Below are positions 1-8,829 of a stretch of DNA of 64,000 nucleotides, piece after piece (within the stretch, counting starts at the first letter, position 1; every line of letters begins with the position of its first letter). Source of the stretch: Planctomycetota bacterium (GTDB lineage Bacteria > Planctomycetota > GCA-002687715 > CAIWVZ01); contig JBGANV010000008.1 in the NCBI GenBank assembly GCA_044222185.1, positions 96,001 to 160,000 on the forward strand. The letters run 5' to 3'. The notes under the pieces were generated by a model, which did not search any database, was not told the origin of the DNA, and saw only the letters and a list, made by a program, of their open reading frames with translations. Made by a program: the position numbers and the translations under genes.

Positions 1-1088
1 TCGTCCCGGTCGTGAAGATCGATTACGCGCCCGCCAACGTGCCGCCGCAATATCAGGTGAACCAGGCGGGCTCGAGCCTGGACCTCGACGGTTCGACGAG
101 CGCCGCGTTCAATCCGATGACCGCCAGCCGGTGCGTGGGCGCCAACGCGACGCTCAACCTCGGCAGCAGCAGCTCGCTCCCGTGGGACCTGGGCCTCACC
201 ATCGGTGCTTCGCTGGTCCCGGTCAGCGGCGGTGCGATCACCACGGGATCAGGGCAGATCGTGAACCTGAACCTCGTGCATCCGAGCCTCACGTTCCTGA
301 ACGGCCTCGCGTTCGCGTTCCCGTTCGCGCCACTGAGCCTGCCGTTCTCCGTGCCGGCTCTCCCGTCGATCCAGGCGCAGATGGTGAACCTCAGCGCGAG
401 CAACCCTGATGGGTTCACGCTCAGCGCCGGTCTGGATCTGAGCGCAACGGGAGGTACGGGGATCGCGTTCCCGGTTGCGGGACCGACGACCGATGACAGC
501 GCCGTCTCGATCACCGTCGGCGGAAACACGCCGCCGAGCTGCGCCAACCTCGGCATCCCGTTCTACGGCGTCGTTCGCTCGACCATCCACGTGATCTCGA
601 ATGGCCGCGTCTGCTTCGACACCGCCGACACCGACTTCTCGCCGACCGCGGCAGAAGCCCAGACTCGCACCTTCATCGGCGCCTGGATGGACCTGAACCC
701 GGGCACGGCCGGCAGCGGCCAGATCGACGTCACGAACCCGGCACCCGGGATCGTGTCCGTCAATTACAACGGCGTCTGGCATTTCGGCGCGACGTCCGCG
801 GCCAACTCCGTGACGTATCAGATCGTCTTCGACACGATCTCGGGCGCCATCGCCATGAACGGGCTCAGCGGCATCCTGCCTGGAACCGCGAGCGCCGAGT
901 TCCTCGGCATGTCCCCCGGTGGAGCGGCGACGGACCTGGGCGCGACTCCGTTCACCATCGGTGGCACGATTCTCGGCACGGGCAATCAGATGATCTACGA
1001 GCTCAACGCCGCGATCGCGACTCCGGCGGTGAACACGCTCACCTGCATCCCGAACATGAACGGGAACTACGACGTCATCGGCTCGTGA
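1..1088 (+). CDS. Secreted/surface beta-rich hypothetical protein, 5'-truncated by the window edge
   Basis: The frame is open from the window start through the GTG at 12 to TGA at 1088. G/T/S/N/P-rich composition typical of exported proteins, with a nidogen-like segment (IHVISNGRVCF...AWMDLNP). Confidence 0.75.
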   Translation, partial: VPVVKIDYAPANVPPQYQVNQAGSSLDLDGSTSAAFNPMTASRCVGANATLNLGSSSSLPWDLGLTIGASLVPVSGGAITTGSGQIVNLNLVHPSLTFLNGLAFAFPFAPLSLPFSVPALPSIQAQMVNLSASNPDGFTLSAGLDLSATGGTGIAFPVAGPTTDDSAVSITVGGNTPPSCANLGIPFYGVVRSTIHVISNGRVCFDTADTDFSPTAAEAQTRTFIGAWMDLNPGTAGSGQIDVTNPAPGIVSVNYNGVWHFGATSAANSVTYQIVFDTISGAIAMNGLSGILPGTASAEFLGMSPGGAATDLGATPFTIGGTILGTGNQMIYELNAAIATPAVNTLTCIPNMNGNYDVIGS

Positions 1089-1259
1089 TGACGATCGGTG
1101 CTTGAGGCGACGGCCGGCCGGCAGCATGCTGGACCGGCCGTCGTCGTTTCGAACCCCTTCGATCGGCGAGGCTCGCCCCTCTCGGGACGTCTGAGTCGGG
1201 CCGGCGACGTGCCAGCAGACGCCGGCATCCGCGGAATTCGAACCCATGACGGTCGATCG

Positions 1260-1841
1260 ATGAGCCCGGTCTTTGCGCTGGTCGTCGCTGCGCTCGGCGT
1301 TCAGCGGCTCATCGAGCTGCGAATCAGTGCCACCCACGTGCGCGCCCTCGTGGCGCGCGGCGGGCGCGAACACGCGCCCTCGCACTTCGCATGGATGCGG
1401 GCGATGCACGTGTCGTGGTTCGCCGGCATGATCGCCGAGGTGGTCTTCGGTCGACGCCCGTTCATCCCTGCGCTCGCGTGGCCCATGGTGGGGGTTCTCC
1501 TCGTGGGCCAGGGCCTGCGAATGACGGCCATGCGAACCCTCGGTGCCCGCTGGTGCGTACGCGTCGTCACCCTCCCCGGCGAATCACCGGTTCGCCGCGG
1601 GATCTACCGTTACATCCGCCACCCCAACTACCTGGGTGTGATCCTGGAAATCACCGCCGTGCCGCTGATCCAAACGGCCTGGGTGACGTCGGTCGTCTTC
1701 ACCCTCATGAACGCTCTGATCCTGGTGTGGAGAATCCGAATCGAGGAGGCATCGCTCGAGTCGGACAACGCCTACTGCGCGGCATTTGCGGGCGTCCCGC
1801 GGCTCCTGCCGCTGGGCCGGCGCGATCCGCCGTCGGGGTGA
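1260..1841 (+). CDS. Isoprenylcysteine carboxyl methyltransferase (ICMT) family membrane protein, SrsB/BpsB-like
   Basis: Motifs QRLIELRIS, LGARWCVRV, GIYRYIRHPNY and RIRIEE, plus several TM segments. Start chosen at ATG 1260. Confidence 0.85.
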   Translation: MSPVFALVVAALGVQRLIELRISATHVRALVARGGREHAPSHFAWMRAMHVSWFAGMIAEVVFGRRPFIPALAWPMVGVLLVGQGLRMTAMRTLGARWCVRVVTLPGESPVRRGIYRYIRHPNYLGVILEITAVPLIQTAWVTSVVFTLMNALILVWRIRIEEASLESDNAYCAAFAGVPRLLPLGRRDPPSG

Positions 1842-1974
1842 CCCGACGACCGGCTCCGACGGGTTCCGAGGCATCGGACGCCGGCGACGACCGAGCTTGC
1901 ACTTCCCGCGGTTCGGGACTACGTTTGCCCCAAGCCGTTTTCCGACCGATCGTGTGAAATCCAGGAGTTGCCTC

Positions 1975-3150
1975 ATGAAAGCCTGCCGCCTCAAGGTCGC
2001 CGCACTCGTTCTCGCACTCTCGACCGTGTCGTTCTCACAGTTCTCGCTAACGACGACATTCGCTGGCGGCAACGGCCAGAACGGCGTCATGTTCGACATC
2101 GTCGCGCTCTCGACGGTGCTCATCACGTCATTCGACTGCAGCATCGCGGCCGGGACGACGCAGACGATCGAGATCTGGACACACTCCGGAACGTGGGTCG
2201 GGACGGAGAACAGCTCGGTCGGCTGGACGCAACTCGGAGTCGTCCCTGGCGTCGTCTCTGCTGGGACGAACCTGCCGACGCCGATTCCGCTGCCGCTCTC
2301 CCAACTGATCTCCGGCGGGCAGACCCAGGCCTTCTACATCACGAACACCAGCGGAACGATGGCCTACACCAACGGAACGGCCGTTGGAGCGGTCTATGCC
2401 CAGGACACGTTCATCCAATTCCTCCAGGGCTGCGGAAAGGTGTACCCGTTCGGCGGAACGTTCACTCCCCGCGTCTTCAACGGAGTGATCCATTACCAGC
2501 CGGGCACGGGGTTGTTCGCGAACTTCAGCGCCACCGGCGCCTCCGGACCGGCGCCCCGGACGGTGAACTTCACGGACCTTTCCTACTCGAGTGATCCCGC
2601 GGGCGTTCAATCCTGGGCATGGGACTTCGAGAACGACGGCATCATCGATTCGTTCCAACAGAACCCGTCGTTCGTCTACGTCACGCCGGGCACCTACACC
2701 GTGGCGCTCACGGTCACGGACGCGTCGTTCCCGGCCAGCACGATCGTCAAGACGAACTTCGTCACCGTCGGCCAATACGTGTTCGACGTGCAGACGACCG
2801 GCAGCGGAGTCGGCGATCTCGTGATCAACGGCATACCCTCGATCGGCGCCCCGACGGCGGCTCAAGGGTTCACCCTGCTGAGCTTCGTGCATGCCAATCC
2901 CGTCGGTATCGGACCGTTCTTCGGGCTCATCCCCGACCCCACGACGATCTCGATCCTGCAGGCTCCGCCCGCCGTCGGGAACCCACTCCACTACTTCAAC
3001 GCGCCTGGGCTCTACCCCGAAGTGCCGTTGACCGCTCCGGCCGGCGCGCTTTCGTTCCTTGCGGGCGTGACCGTCGACTTCGTCCAGGTCGGGCTCACGG
3101 CGGGCTACAACCTGGTCTTCGTGAGCAACGCCGACTCGGTCACGTTCTGA
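1975..3150 (+). CDS. Secreted PKD-domain protein
   Basis: AGGAG RBS before ATG 1975 and a signal peptide. PKD signature (VNFTDLS...SWAWDFENDG...QNPSFVYVTPGTYTVALTV). C-terminal domain ends SVTF. Confidence 0.85.
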   Translation: MKACRLKVAALVLALSTVSFSQFSLTTTFAGGNGQNGVMFDIVALSTVLITSFDCSIAAGTTQTIEIWTHSGTWVGTENSSVGWTQLGVVPGVVSAGTNLPTPIPLPLSQLISGGQTQAFYITNTSGTMAYTNGTAVGAVYAQDTFIQFLQGCGKVYPFGGTFTPRVFNGVIHYQPGTGLFANFSATGASGPAPRTVNFTDLSYSSDPAGVQSWAWDFENDGIIDSFQQNPSFVYVTPGTYTVALTVTDASFPASTIVKTNFVTVGQYVFDVQTTGSGVGDLVINGIPSIGAPTAAQGFTLLSFVHANPVGIGPFFGLIPDPTTISILQAPPAVGNPLHYFNAPGLYPEVPLTAPAGALSFLAGVTVDFVQVGLTAGYNLVFVSNADSVTF

Positions 3151-3201
3151 TCGCACCGCGGAGGTTCGGCCGCCGCGCAGCGAGCGCGGCGGTGAACGCC
3201 G

Positions 3202-5952
3202 TCACTTCGTCTCGCGCTCGATGACGAGACGGCCACGCAGGCCGTCGTTCTCGAACGTCAGTCCCGCACGCGCACGCCGCAGTCCTTCGAGGGCCTTGGG
3301 CCTGGCGGGCCCCGGTCGCGTGTCGGTCGGGTGGCCATAGAACTCCGACACGATCCCGTGCGCAGCGTCGACGACGTACCGGCCGCCCGCCGGGTCCGAG
3401 AGGCGAAGCTTGAAGAGCTTCTCGTGAACGGCGACCGGGTCCTCATCCGGGAACAGGCGGCGCCACTCGGAGAGGATCGGGAGCGCGGACCACGCGAGAT
3501 CAGCCTGCCGGCGTGACTCACGCTCGCCGTCCAACCGCATCAGGAGATCGACCAGGTTGCGATCGACGTGGATCGCCGCGTGGTCGCCGAGCCACGGAGT
3601 CGCTGGCTTGGAGTCCGGCGCGCGGCGGTCCAGCACGCGGTCGAGGGCGCGGTGGAGGACGTCCTTGCGGAGTGCGACGAACAACGTGTGATCGGCGATC
3701 GCGTAATGCAGCGCGCTGGGTTCTCGGCCGATGAAGCCCTCGGAAGCCTCGAGCGTCATGGTTTCGAAGTCCCCATGGCGATCCTTCGTCCAGCGGACGG
3801 TTCCGAGCCCCATTTCGTTCGTCACCGCTCGAATGCCGGTGAGGAACGCGACGAGGGCGACCGGGTCCTTGACCTCGGCCGTGAGGAGCAGCGGTAGCTG
3901 CATCAACTGCTCGGACTGTGGGTCCGCGGTGCCGTGAGCGAAGATCTTGTCGAGGATCGGATCCGTGTCGAGCGCCACCGAGATTCCGCCCTTCAGCCAG
4001 GAGAGCGCGACGGACTCGAGGCCGGGCAGGAGCCGCTCGGCGCGTCTCGGCCAGTCGCTGAACGCCCCGGCGGCGGGATCGAGCGCGACGACGAACTGCA
4101 CGACGGCCGAGTCATGTGGGTCGCAGCCCGTGGGACTGATGCGCGCGCCGCGGCAGAACTCCATGAGGTCTCGATAATCGCTGATCGCGACGAGCGGCAT
4201 CACGGTCACGTCGAGGCTCATCCGCCCCGCCTCGAAGCCGAGCCGCATGGCGATGGGATCGAAGTACTGCGCCCAGCGACGTTGATAGGCGTCCCGGAAC
4301 TGGGCGTAGGCGTCCACCTCGGACTGCGTCGCCTTCTCGATCTCGAGTTCGAGGATCGGGCGCAGGAACCGCAGGTTGCCGTAGGTGCCGGAATGGACAC
4401 CCTCGGCCGTGAACGACAGCGCTCCCAATCCCTCCGGCATGCCTTCGGCGGGCACGGGACCCGCCGACACGCGAACGATGGCTTGCGCCGCGCGCGCAGT
4501 GATCTCCGCGAGCTGCGCCGCCGCACGCGTGCGCCGCGAATCGCCGATGCGCCAGCGCGGGCTGCACCATCGGCGGATCGTCGCATCCGTGAGGAGGATG
4601 AACGCCGACTCGTCGGCGGCGCCGCGCGCATAACGATCACGGAAGAAGGTGTACTCGAGGGAGGCCGCGAGCGACGACTCCGGGGTCGCCGACGTGCGGA
4701 CGACGCGATCGAGCTGCGCCGTCGAATTCGTCACGACGACGGCGTGACCGAAGACGGCGACGAACGAGGAGAGTCCCCGATCCTTCGTCGCGACGCCGAA
4801 GTACTTCTTGCCTGCGAGTTCCCCTTCGACCGGGGCTGCATCCGGTCGCCCCTTCGCGGCGGCCGCGTGACGCGCCGTGAACTCGGCGGCGAGGAGGTCG
4901 GGACGCGCGCATTCGAACAGGACGGCCACGTCGGTCCCCGTGCTGAAATACGGGTCGGAGCCGGTGATCGCCACGCTCGTCACCGTCGCGCCTGCCGGGG
5001 ACCCGGCGAGGTTCGCGACCGACACCGCGAGCTGACGCTCGTAGAAACTCCGGGCGCCCGAGTCCTCGCAGCGCTCCTCGTAGCCCCAAAGGATCGGACG
5101 GCCCGCGCCCTCGAGCTCATCCAGCGTCACCGAGAGAGCCTGCAGGCTCGGGAAGAACGCCGCGTGCTGATCTTCGGGGATGAGGCTCGCGAGCGCGTCC
5201 TTCGCGGGTTTCAGCGTGGCCGTCAGCGGTTTCCAATCGAAGCTGGCCGTCGTGATTCCCGGCATCGACCAGACCATGACCGACGGTGTCCCCCCGTCGA
5301 TCGGCGCGAGGGCGCGATCGAGACGGAGGTTCTCCGCGACGGCGCGGCCGCCGGAGAAGAAGTCGTAGGTGTCGTAGGCGTCATCGCCCGAATCAGCGCG
5401 CCCGGTCATCAACATGCGACGGGACCGCGCATCCGGAGTCGCCGGTTGCGGCGGGAGTTCGCGCGCGATTTCCGCGAGCCGGTGGCGGAACCAGGCCGAG
5501 CCAGGAACTCGGGCGTCCAGGAGCGCTCGGAAGCGCGTCCGCGCGGCCTCGAGGAACTGTGCGCGCGTCGCATTCCCGAGCCGGGCGGCGGGGACTCGGG
5601 ACTGGATTTGCTGCGCGGTCGTGCCCGGCCGGCGTCCCGGCAACGTCAGCGTCACCGGGACGTCGCGTCCGGGTTCGGAGCGGAGGAACAGCGTCGCCGT
5701 GATGCGCGTTTCACCTTCCCACTCGGGCCACACGAGCGCGGCCTCTGCGGGTGCCATCACGTCGGCACGCACGATGACCATCCGCTCTCCCGATGACATC
5801 CAGCGGTCGTCGTATTCACCCCACTTGTCGCTCACGTGCTCCACGTCCGTGAGACGAATCGCCGTGTAGACCTCGGCCGGCCTCGAGTCCTGCGGCAGCG
5901 CCGCAGCACAGAGTGCCAAGACCCACACGCTCACGCTGATGACGCTGCGCAT
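3202..5952 (-). CDS. Large secreted hypothetical protein (~916 aa)
   Basis: GAGGAG RBS before ATG 5952, signal peptide followed by QDSRP, long ORF with normal codon usage. No recognisable catalytic motif. Confidence 0.8.
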   Translation of the reverse strand: MRSVISVSVWVLALCAAALPQDSRPAEVYTAIRLTDVEHVSDKWGEYDDRWMSSGERMVIVRADVMAPAEAALVWPEWEGETRITATLFLRSEPGRDVPVTLTLPGRRPGTTAQQIQSRVPAARLGNATRAQFLEAARTRFRALLDARVPGSAWFRHRLAEIARELPPQPATPDARSRRMLMTGRADSGDDAYDTYDFFSGGRAVAENLRLDRALAPIDGGTPSVMVWSMPGITTASFDWKPLTATLKPAKDALASLIPEDQHAAFFPSLQALSVTLDELEGAGRPILWGYEERCEDSGARSFYERQLAVSVANLAGSPAGATVTSVAITGSDPYFSTGTDVAVLFECARPDLLAAEFTARHAAAAKGRPDAAPVEGELAGKKYFGVATKDRGLSSFVAVFGHAVVVTNSTAQLDRVVRTSATPESSLAASLEYTFFRDRYARGAADESAFILLTDATIRRWCSPRWRIGDSRRTRAAAQLAEITARAAQAIVRVSAGPVPAEGMPEGLGALSFTAEGVHSGTYGNLRFLRPILELEIEKATQSEVDAYAQFRDAYQRRWAQYFDPIAMRLGFEAGRMSLDVTVMPLVAISDYRDLMEFCRGARISPTGCDPHDSAVVQFVVALDPAAGAFSDWPRRAERLLPGLESVALSWLKGGISVALDTDPILDKIFAHGTADPQSEQLMQLPLLLTAEVKDPVALVAFLTGIRAVTNEMGLGTVRWTKDRHGDFETMTLEASEGFIGREPSALHYAIADHTLFVALRKDVLHRALDRVLDRRAPDSKPATPWLGDHAAIHVDRNLVDLLMRLDGERESRRQADLAWSALPILSEWRRLFPDEDPVAVHEKLFKLRLSDPAGGRYVVDAAHGIVSEFYGHPTDTRPGPARPKALEGLRRARAGLTFENDGLRGRLVIERETK

Positions 5953-6014
5953 TCGCTCGACTCCTCGCTGATCGGATCCGGACATCCCCGCTGCCTGACG
6001 CGGATCGCCTGTGT

Positions 6015-6065
6015 GACCGTCGACCGCGCGCCCGCGCCCGACGCGTAGGCTACCCGCGCCCGCCA
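6015..6065. repeat. 51-bp repeat R51, copy 1
   Basis: Matches 7169-7219 with 6 mismatches; contains TAGCCT on the minus strand. Confidence 0.85.
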
Positions 6066-6089
6066 GCGGCCGCACGATTCGACCCACCC

Positions 6090-6150
6090 GGAGCGCCGGT
6101 CCTCGGCCGTCTCGGCCGGGACCGGCCGGATCGCCGCGCGTCTCGCGCGG
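6090..6150. repeat. Partial (61-bp) copy of the 120-bp two-hairpin repeat R120
   Basis: GGAGCGCCGGTCCTCGGCCGTCTCGGCCGGGACCGG...CCGCGCGTCTCGCGCGG matches positions 10-70 of the full copies. Confidence 0.85.
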
Positions 6151-6390
6151 GCCAACCGGCGTTGATCGTGGTTCGGTGCGAGATCAACTACGTCGGCATG
6201 ATCCTCGAACGGAACGCGGCACGGCGACGCCCGCGGGACCGGACGCCTCGGCTTCGCCTCGGTCGTCCGGCGATCCGGCCGGTCGCGCCGTCGCTGTCGC
6301 GACGGGTCGACCGGCGCTCCCCCCTGCGGACTTTCGATCCGCAACACGCGTCCGCCGCCGCCGACGACGTTCGTTCCTCTTCAACCTGGA

Positions 6391-6510
6391 TCGGGCCGAG
6401 GAGCGCCAGTCCTCCGCCGCCTCGGCGGGGACTGGCCGGTTCGCCGCGCGTCTCGCGCGGTCCGGCGTGCGTCAATCCGCGGGCGACCCGATGATGACCG
6501 TCACCCGTGC
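6391..6510. repeat. 120-bp repeat R120, full copy A (REP-like, two GC hairpins)
   Basis: Direct repeat of 8535-8654 with 5 mismatches over 120 bp. Confidence 0.92.
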
Positions 6511-6573
6511 GCTCCGTCGAAACGCCCGTTCCGACGCCCGGCTCGTTCGGCCTCTCAACCTTCGAGTGATTCC

Positions 6574-7056
6574 TCACACCTCGCGCCCCATCGGGTCGGT
6601 CTCGAGGACCGATTCATGTAGTCCCCCGATCGGCTCGATCGGTTTGCCATCAGCATCGACGGTGAACAGTCGCCACGCGACGTCGGCCGCGTCGGGCTCG
6701 AGGGTCCCAGGATCTTCGAGCAAGTAGCAGAGGTCGAACAGCGCTCGCGCTTGAACCCAACGAACGAGCGTCGACAGCTCCGCATCCGTCGCGCCTCGAT
6801 CGCGCAGTGACTTCGCCGCATGGCCCACACCAGCAAACGGCGCCGTCGGCGCCGCGGCCGCGGTCTCGATCTGACGATCGATCCACGCAGCGTCGTTCTC
6901 GGCGACGACTCCACGCCACGCCTGGCGCAAGAACAGATATCGAGCCATTTGGTTGATCCCCTCAGTCACCTGCGAGCGCGCCCACTGCTCCGGGTCCCGC
7001 GCGCCGAGCGCACGGAAGCGGGAGGCAAGATCCCGAATGTCAACGTCGTCGCTCAT
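6574..7056 (-). CDS. Hypothetical protein (160 aa)
   Basis: GGAGGG RBS upstream; globular-looking sequence (GARDPEQWARSQ...LHESVLETDP). Confidence 0.75.
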   Translation of the reverse strand: MSDDVDIRDLASRFRALGARDPEQWARSQVTEGINQMARYLFLRQAWRGVVAENDAAWIDRQIETAAAAPTAPFAGVGHAAKSLRDRGATDAELSTLVRWVQARALFDLCYLLEDPGTLEPDAADVAWRLFTVDADGKPIEPIGGLHESVLETDPMGREV

Positions 7057-7168
7057 CCTGCCCTCCGTCCCGCCTCGATGTGCGAGGGTCGAACTGCGTT
7101 ACTCGCTCCGATGATCCGATCGGGCACTGCTGCCACGATACTCCGCGCGACGGCTCGATCACCCATGC

Positions 7169-7219
7169 GACCGTCGACCGCGCTCCCGCAGTCGACGCCG
7201 AGGCTACCCGCGCCCGCCA
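7169..7219. repeat. 51-bp repeat R51, copy 2
   Basis: Matches 6015-6065. Confidence 0.85.
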
Positions 7220-7262
7220 TGGCCGGGCAATCGAGTCTCTTAGTCAGAGCTCATCCGCAACG

Positions 7263-7682
7263 TCAGGCGTTCGACATCCCCGCAACGGCCGTCGACGCGA
7301 TCGCCATCGCTGCGAGGCCTGAGACTGCGCTCCCGGTCAGCAACCGAGCAATGCGCAGCGAAGGCAAAGAAGTCGTCCATCGAGGGAGCATCGGTGGAAT
7401 CACGAGCGTCACCGCGAGCACAGCGGCGCTCGTCCCTGCCGTCAGCACACCGAACGCGTCGCTCCATCGCCCGGGGTGGTAGTAGATCACCACGTACCAG
7501 GCAGCGGTCATCATCGAGGATGCGCACAGAACGACGCAAACGGTGAGGTCGCGGTGCCGAGGGGCCTTCCGTTCAGGAGTCGGCCGAGTGCGCGCAACGG
7601 CGATGGCGGCGAGAACTGAAGCGACGAGACTGACCAGGGCCACGCCGGCACCGATCGTGAGCAGGCTGATGACGACGCTCAT
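7263..7682 (-). CDS. Hypothetical membrane protein (~4 TM)
   Basis: Four hydrophobic segments; TAGACT -10-like box 9 nt upstream of the ATG. Confidence 0.6.
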   Translation of the reverse strand: MSVVISLLTIGAGVALVSLVASVLAAIAVARTRPTPERKAPRHRDLTVCVVLCASSMMTAAWYVVIYYHPGRWSDAFGVLTAGTSAAVLAVTLVIPPMLPRWTTSLPSLRIARLLTGSAVSGLAAMAIASTAVAGMSNA

Positions 7683-7834
7683 GTCCGCTTGAGTCTATCC
7701 GTCGGGGACGCCAATCCGGCGATCGAAAGCGTGCCGGCGGAGTGCGGCCATCGGGGGGGCGTGGATCAGAGGATCGTGCTGACGGGACGCCCATCACAGC
7801 CCACGTGGGTTCGGTGATACGCTGCCCACCTGAC

Positions 7835-8431
7835 ATGAACTGGTCACGAAAAAGGGCGACAGGCAAGAAGCCGAAGACGGTACTGCAGGAGCACTCTGCA
7901 AGCCCGATCGCGGCGGTCGCGGAGTTCGCCAAGTACTTCTGGCCGACCTTCGTGGAATGCGGGGGCTGCATCTTCGTCGCGCTCGACGGTCGGCGACCGC
8001 ACATGACGCTTGGAGGGAGAGGACGGCTTGCCACGGCCGTCAAGGCGCGGCTTCGCGAGCGGGGAACAGACCGCACAGGCCTGGAATCGAGCGACCACCA
8101 CCACATCCTCGACTTCTTCGGTCAATTCGGGTCAGTGTTCGATGCTCGCCGCACGCGCGTGCGAATGCGACATCCGCACTTCCGCGCTGCCGAGACGATC
8201 GGACGGATCATGGCTCAGTGCTGGGCTGCGAAGCTCCACCAGGACTTTCCCCGGTCCCGGTTTCGGGTCTACTTCACGCTGCGTGACAACCCGATCGTCC
8301 GGTTCCATCGCGTCTACGCCGGGGAGCACTTCTACCTCGACGAGAAAACGTGGAGCCAGGAGATCGCTCGGGGCGATGTCGTGATCATCGACGTCGCTCC
8401 GACCCGCTCGCGTCGCCGTCGGAAGAAGTGA
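7835..8431 (+). CDS. Hypothetical protein (possibly immunity-protein-like)
   Basis: Aromatic-rich globular sequence (FWPTFVECGGCIF...CWAAKLHQDFPRSRFRVYF). Start at ATG 7835 is uncertain. Confidence 0.65.
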   Translation: MNWSRKRATGKKPKTVLQEHSASPIAAVAEFAKYFWPTFVECGGCIFVALDGRRPHMTLGGRGRLATAVKARLRERGTDRTGLESSDHHHILDFFGQFGSVFDARRTRVRMRHPHFRAAETIGRIMAQCWAAKLHQDFPRSRFRVYFTLRDNPIVRFHRVYAGEHFYLDEKTWSQEIARGDVVIIDVAPTRSRRRRKK

Positions 8432-8534
8432 TCGCTCGGGCGCACTCGCGGTCATGGCCGAGCCGCGCCGATCCAAGAAACGAATACGCTGCGGATAGGC
8501 TCGGTGGCGGTCGCCTCTCTACGCGCTGAAGCGG

Positions 8535-8654
8535 TCGGGCCGAGGAGCGCCGGTCCTCGGCCGTCTCGGCGGGGACTGGCCGGATCGCCGCGGGTCTCGC
8601 GCGGTCCGGCGTGCGTCAATCCGCGGGCGACCCGATGATGACCGTCACCCGTGC
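8535..8654. repeat. 120-bp repeat R120, full copy B
   Basis: Direct repeat of 6391-6510. Confidence 0.92.
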
Positions 8655-8736
8655 CGTGCATTCGCGGCGACTCGCCCGCGTTCACACGGACCGCATGATC
8701 GTCTCGAGTTCCGACGCGCGATCACGTCGGCCGGAC

Positions 8737-8810
8737 CGGTCCCCCTCGCTATCGCTCGGGTGGACCGGCGATCCGGCCACTCGTCCTCGCTATCGCTCGG
8801 GTCGAGTGGC
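8737..8810. repeat. Two tandem REP-like hairpins sharing the core CCTCGCTATCGCTCGGGT
   Basis: The 18-bp core occurs at 8744-8761 and 8785-8802, each enclosed by a different inverted arm (CCGGTCC/GGACCGG and GCCACTCG/CGAGTGGC). Confidence 0.7.
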
Positions 8811-8829
8811 GCTCCGCCGAGGGCCGGAC

